Shown piece by piece: positions 61,031 to 64,000 of a stretch of DNA of 64,000 nucleotides; within the stretch, counting starts at the first letter, position 1; every line of letters starts with the position of its first letter. Location of the stretch: the NCBI GenBank assembly GCA_030390025.1, contig CM059437.1:78740001-78804000 (forward strand), given 5' to 3'. The DNA is from Squalus acanthias. Its lineage: Eukaryota. Made by a program: the position numbers and the translations under genes. A model generated the notes under the pieces. That model was not told the origin of the DNA and did not search any database. It was given only the letters and a program-made list of their open reading frames with translations.

Positions 61031-62205
61031 ATGGGGGCTGTACTAACTCGGGGCGTCGGCCTCCAGCTTCACCTTCAGAGGCAGCAGAGGTGGAGAGAGA
61101 GAGTGGCAAATGTGGCCAGAGGGAGGAGGGCCAACTGGCCTCTGCACAGGAGACCTTACCCTTCCAGGGTATTCTGGGAGCAATTCTCCTACATTCATTT
61201 GTCTGAGGAGCAGTGTTTGCGCAGGCTGCGCTTCAGCAAGGAGGTGGTCACAGAGCTCTGCCACCTCCTGCAGCCAGAGCTCCAGCCTCAGCTCAGGACC
61301 AGGATGGCTCTGTCGGTGGCAGTGAGATGACGTGGCTCTCAATTCTATGCCAGCGGCTCCTTCCAGGCTTCAACTGGGGATATTGTGAATATCTCCCAGT
61401 TCGCCATCCATTGTTGCATCCGGGAGGTCACAAATGCTCTGTACCAAAGGAGAAGGGAGTACATCTCATTCCCCATGACCCGAGACAAACAGTATGAACG
61501 CGCATGTGGCTTCGCTAGGATAGCAGGCTTCCCCAAGGTTCAGGGCGCCATTGACTGCATGCATGTGACATTGCGGGCTCTTCATGAAAATGCAGAGGTT
61601 TTCCGCAACCGCAAAGGCTTCCACTCTCTCAACGTCCAGTGGGTTTGCGACCACAGACAGCGCATCCTCGCCGTCAATGCCCGCTATCCTGGCAGCAGTC
61701 ACGATGCATTCATCCTGCGCCAGACTGGTGTGCCAGCACCGTTCCAACCAGCGCATCACTCTCGTGGCTGGCTCCTTGGGGACAAGGGCTATTCACTCTG
61801 CACCTGGCTGACGACACCGCTCCGTAAACCCAACACTCCTGCTGAGCTCGCGTACAATGAGAGCCATAGCGCCACCGGGAACCTCATTGAACAGACAATC
61901 GGCGTGCTGAAGCAACGGTTCCGGTGTCTTGACCACTCTGGAGGGCCCTGCAGTACTCCCCTGATCGAGTCTCCGTTTTCATTGTTGTGTGCTGCATGCT
62001 TCACAACCTCGCAATTATGAGGATCCAGCCATTGTCACCAGGGATTGGTGCACCACCTCAGGAGGAGGAAGAGGGAGAGGAGGAGGAGGAGGCGGAGGAG
62101 GAGGATGAAGAGGATGATGAGCAGCAGCAACATGGGAGGGAGGCGCTCAATGTAGCCACTGGAAGGGCGTTTTGTGAACGCCTGATAAGACACCACTTCA
62201 GATGA
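61031..62205 (+). pseudogene. Harbinger (HARBI1-like) DDE transposase with frameshifts at ~61325-61345 and ~61945
   Basis: ORFs 61031-61330, 61385-62020 and 61987-62205 carry GAIDCMHV, LGDKGY, IEQTIG and CCMLHN. Confidence 0.9.
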
Positions 62206-62487
62206 ATGACAGAGAAGATGGCTTTTGGGATCAACAAGCACATCATTACAACCATCCCGCAGCCCCTATTAGTAAAATGAGCAAAGTTGTCAAGTTTCAA
62301 TAAAATGTTTTATTTTTCTGACAAATTGTGTCTTATTAAGCACAACCAATAACAAACATAACAATTCATTAACTAACAAAACTGGTTCTTACCACATCGA
62401 GATAAGCGTTAACAGAGTGAACAATATATTAACATAAACATCCAACTTTGGGACAAATATTCCCCCCATTTGTTTGAGAATTTTTAG

Positions 62488-63922
62488 TTAATCGCCCTTC
62501 AAGGATAATCTCCCTCCCCTTCGCACTTCCCCCCTTCCCACCCTACTGCTCCTCCGTAATGTGGCCCCAGTGGCTGAAGCAAGGCTGGTGGAAGGCTGCT
62601 GAATGTTGGATCCAGAGACTGCAGATGGCCTTGAAAGACGCCCTCGACCAGCTCTGGGCCTGGAGGGCCCGGCTGCAGACTGCACCAACTCTGCATGGGC
62701 GGCAGCAGTCTGGGCTGGCTGGGTTACAGGCTGTGGCAAGTGCAGTGGCGGATTGGCAGTGGTGGGAGCAGGAATGCTGTCATCCTGAGAGAGGACAGCA
62801 CCTTCTTGCTCGACCGACACACTGCCAATCCCCCGGAGCAGAACCTCAGTATCCGGAGCAATCTGCTCGAGCATAGATTGCTGACCTGCTGTGGCACCGT
62901 GAGATCCCCGGTGGACAGTGGGCGACCCAGCGAGGATGGCAGCAGTCAGCGCTTGCGTGGCATCAATCTGAGACTGCATCAGAGCAGTCTGACATTGGAT
63001 GGCACAACCGAATGACTCAGTTCCAGCACTAAGCCGTTGCGTTGCCTCGGCCTGTGCTGCAATAGATGCTGCGACCACACTCATTACATGCGGCATGGGG
63101 TCTGGGTCCCCACGGTGTCCCTGCAATTCAACCATCCTCTGCAACGAGGCAAGGATGGGTTCAAGGGTTTGCTCACAGATGACAGCTGTGCTAGTGGCGG
63201 ACTCCTCCACGCTCCTAGCCAGTGCATCCATGCTCTCGGGCACCTTTGCCGTTGCACCCATGAGCTCCGTATGCATGCTCATTGCCTGAGTATTCATCGC
63301 CGCGATATTTAGGTCCTCATCCGAGTCCTGTGCAGCAGAACTCGTGCGGCACTCACCCTCCGGGGAGATGGTCCCCGAGCTTCCCTTCCCCATGGCGTTG
63401 CTGCAGCCCGCTGGGTCCCGGAGCTTCACCCAGCTCAGATCCAAACCCCCTACTCCCCTCCAGTGAACGCGGGATCCCAGTATTGGATGTCTCACCTTTG
63501 GGAGACACAGGCGGTGAGGCGCCGGCTTCATCTTCCTCTTCCTCTCCCACGTCGCTGCCACTGGGAGGCTGAGGGACAGGCTGGTCAGCTGGTGGGTCAC
63601 TATCTGAAAGCAGGAAGGTACAAGAGTGGTTTTAACATGAGGTTAGGGGGGCAGGAAGGGAGAAAGGAATGGAGACAGTATAGTTAGATGGAAAGTGTAA
63701 AAGGCTGGTGGTATGAGGGGGAAGTGATATGAGAGAGGAGATAAAGCTGATGAACATACCGTTGCTGTCCCCAAGTGGGTTGACCTCTCCAACGGCCACA
63801 GCGCCAACGACATGACTGGTGATGAGTCTGTGGACTTGCTCCTCCAGTGGTGTGAGAGGATGCTGCTCCGCCTGTCCTCCTCCTGTGCGTTGTTGCTCCC
63901 TCCGGTTATGTGAAAGCTTGGC
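62488..63922 (-). pseudogene. Harbinger Myb/SANT-like gene, exon 2 (63760-63922) and exon 3 (62488-63603); exon 1 lies beyond the window
   Basis: 163-nt exon 2 AKLSHNRREQQRTGGG with GT-AG sites. Exon 3 is homologous to 19742-20714, with indels at ~63345-63392. Confidence 0.85.
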
Positions 63923-64000
63923 CTGCAAGAAAAAGGACAGCATCTGAGTGAGTGTGCAGCCATGTGTTTGGCAGATGTGCCTACCATAGTTGAATAGCCG

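Larger units (their letters stand above)
60591..64000. mobile_element. Second autonomous-type Harbinger transposon (runs off the window)
   Basis: TIR GGGGGAACAATTC, TAGCGCC subterminal motifs, transposase on + and Myb/SANT gene on -. Confidence 0.9.

Overview
Eukaryotic, repeat-dominated intergenic or intronic DNA. It is most likely from a cartilaginous fish (shark), inferred from the Deu-domain SINEs, CR1 tails, Penelope elements and Harbinger families present. No host protein-coding exon could be supported. The window holds PIF/Harbinger DNA transposons (HARBI1-like DDE transposase plus a convergent, three-exon Myb/SANT-like gene) and many non-autonomous derivatives with 3-bp TSDs. It also holds CR1, L2, Vingi-like and probable RLE-type LINE remnants, a Penelope-like element, about 12 DeuSINE copies, a hAT-type MITE and a G-rich minisatellite. 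Highlights: (1) a triple-nested Harbinger at 15923-24107 whose innermost copy is nearly intact, plus several more Harbinger-into-Harbinger insertions; (2) two minimal hammerhead ribozyme motifs in Penelope termini; (3) an antisense CR1-in-CR1 insertion truncated almost exactly at the homologous position, creating a ~2 kb fold-back. Boundaries of old repeats are approximate and family names come from motif recall, not database searches.
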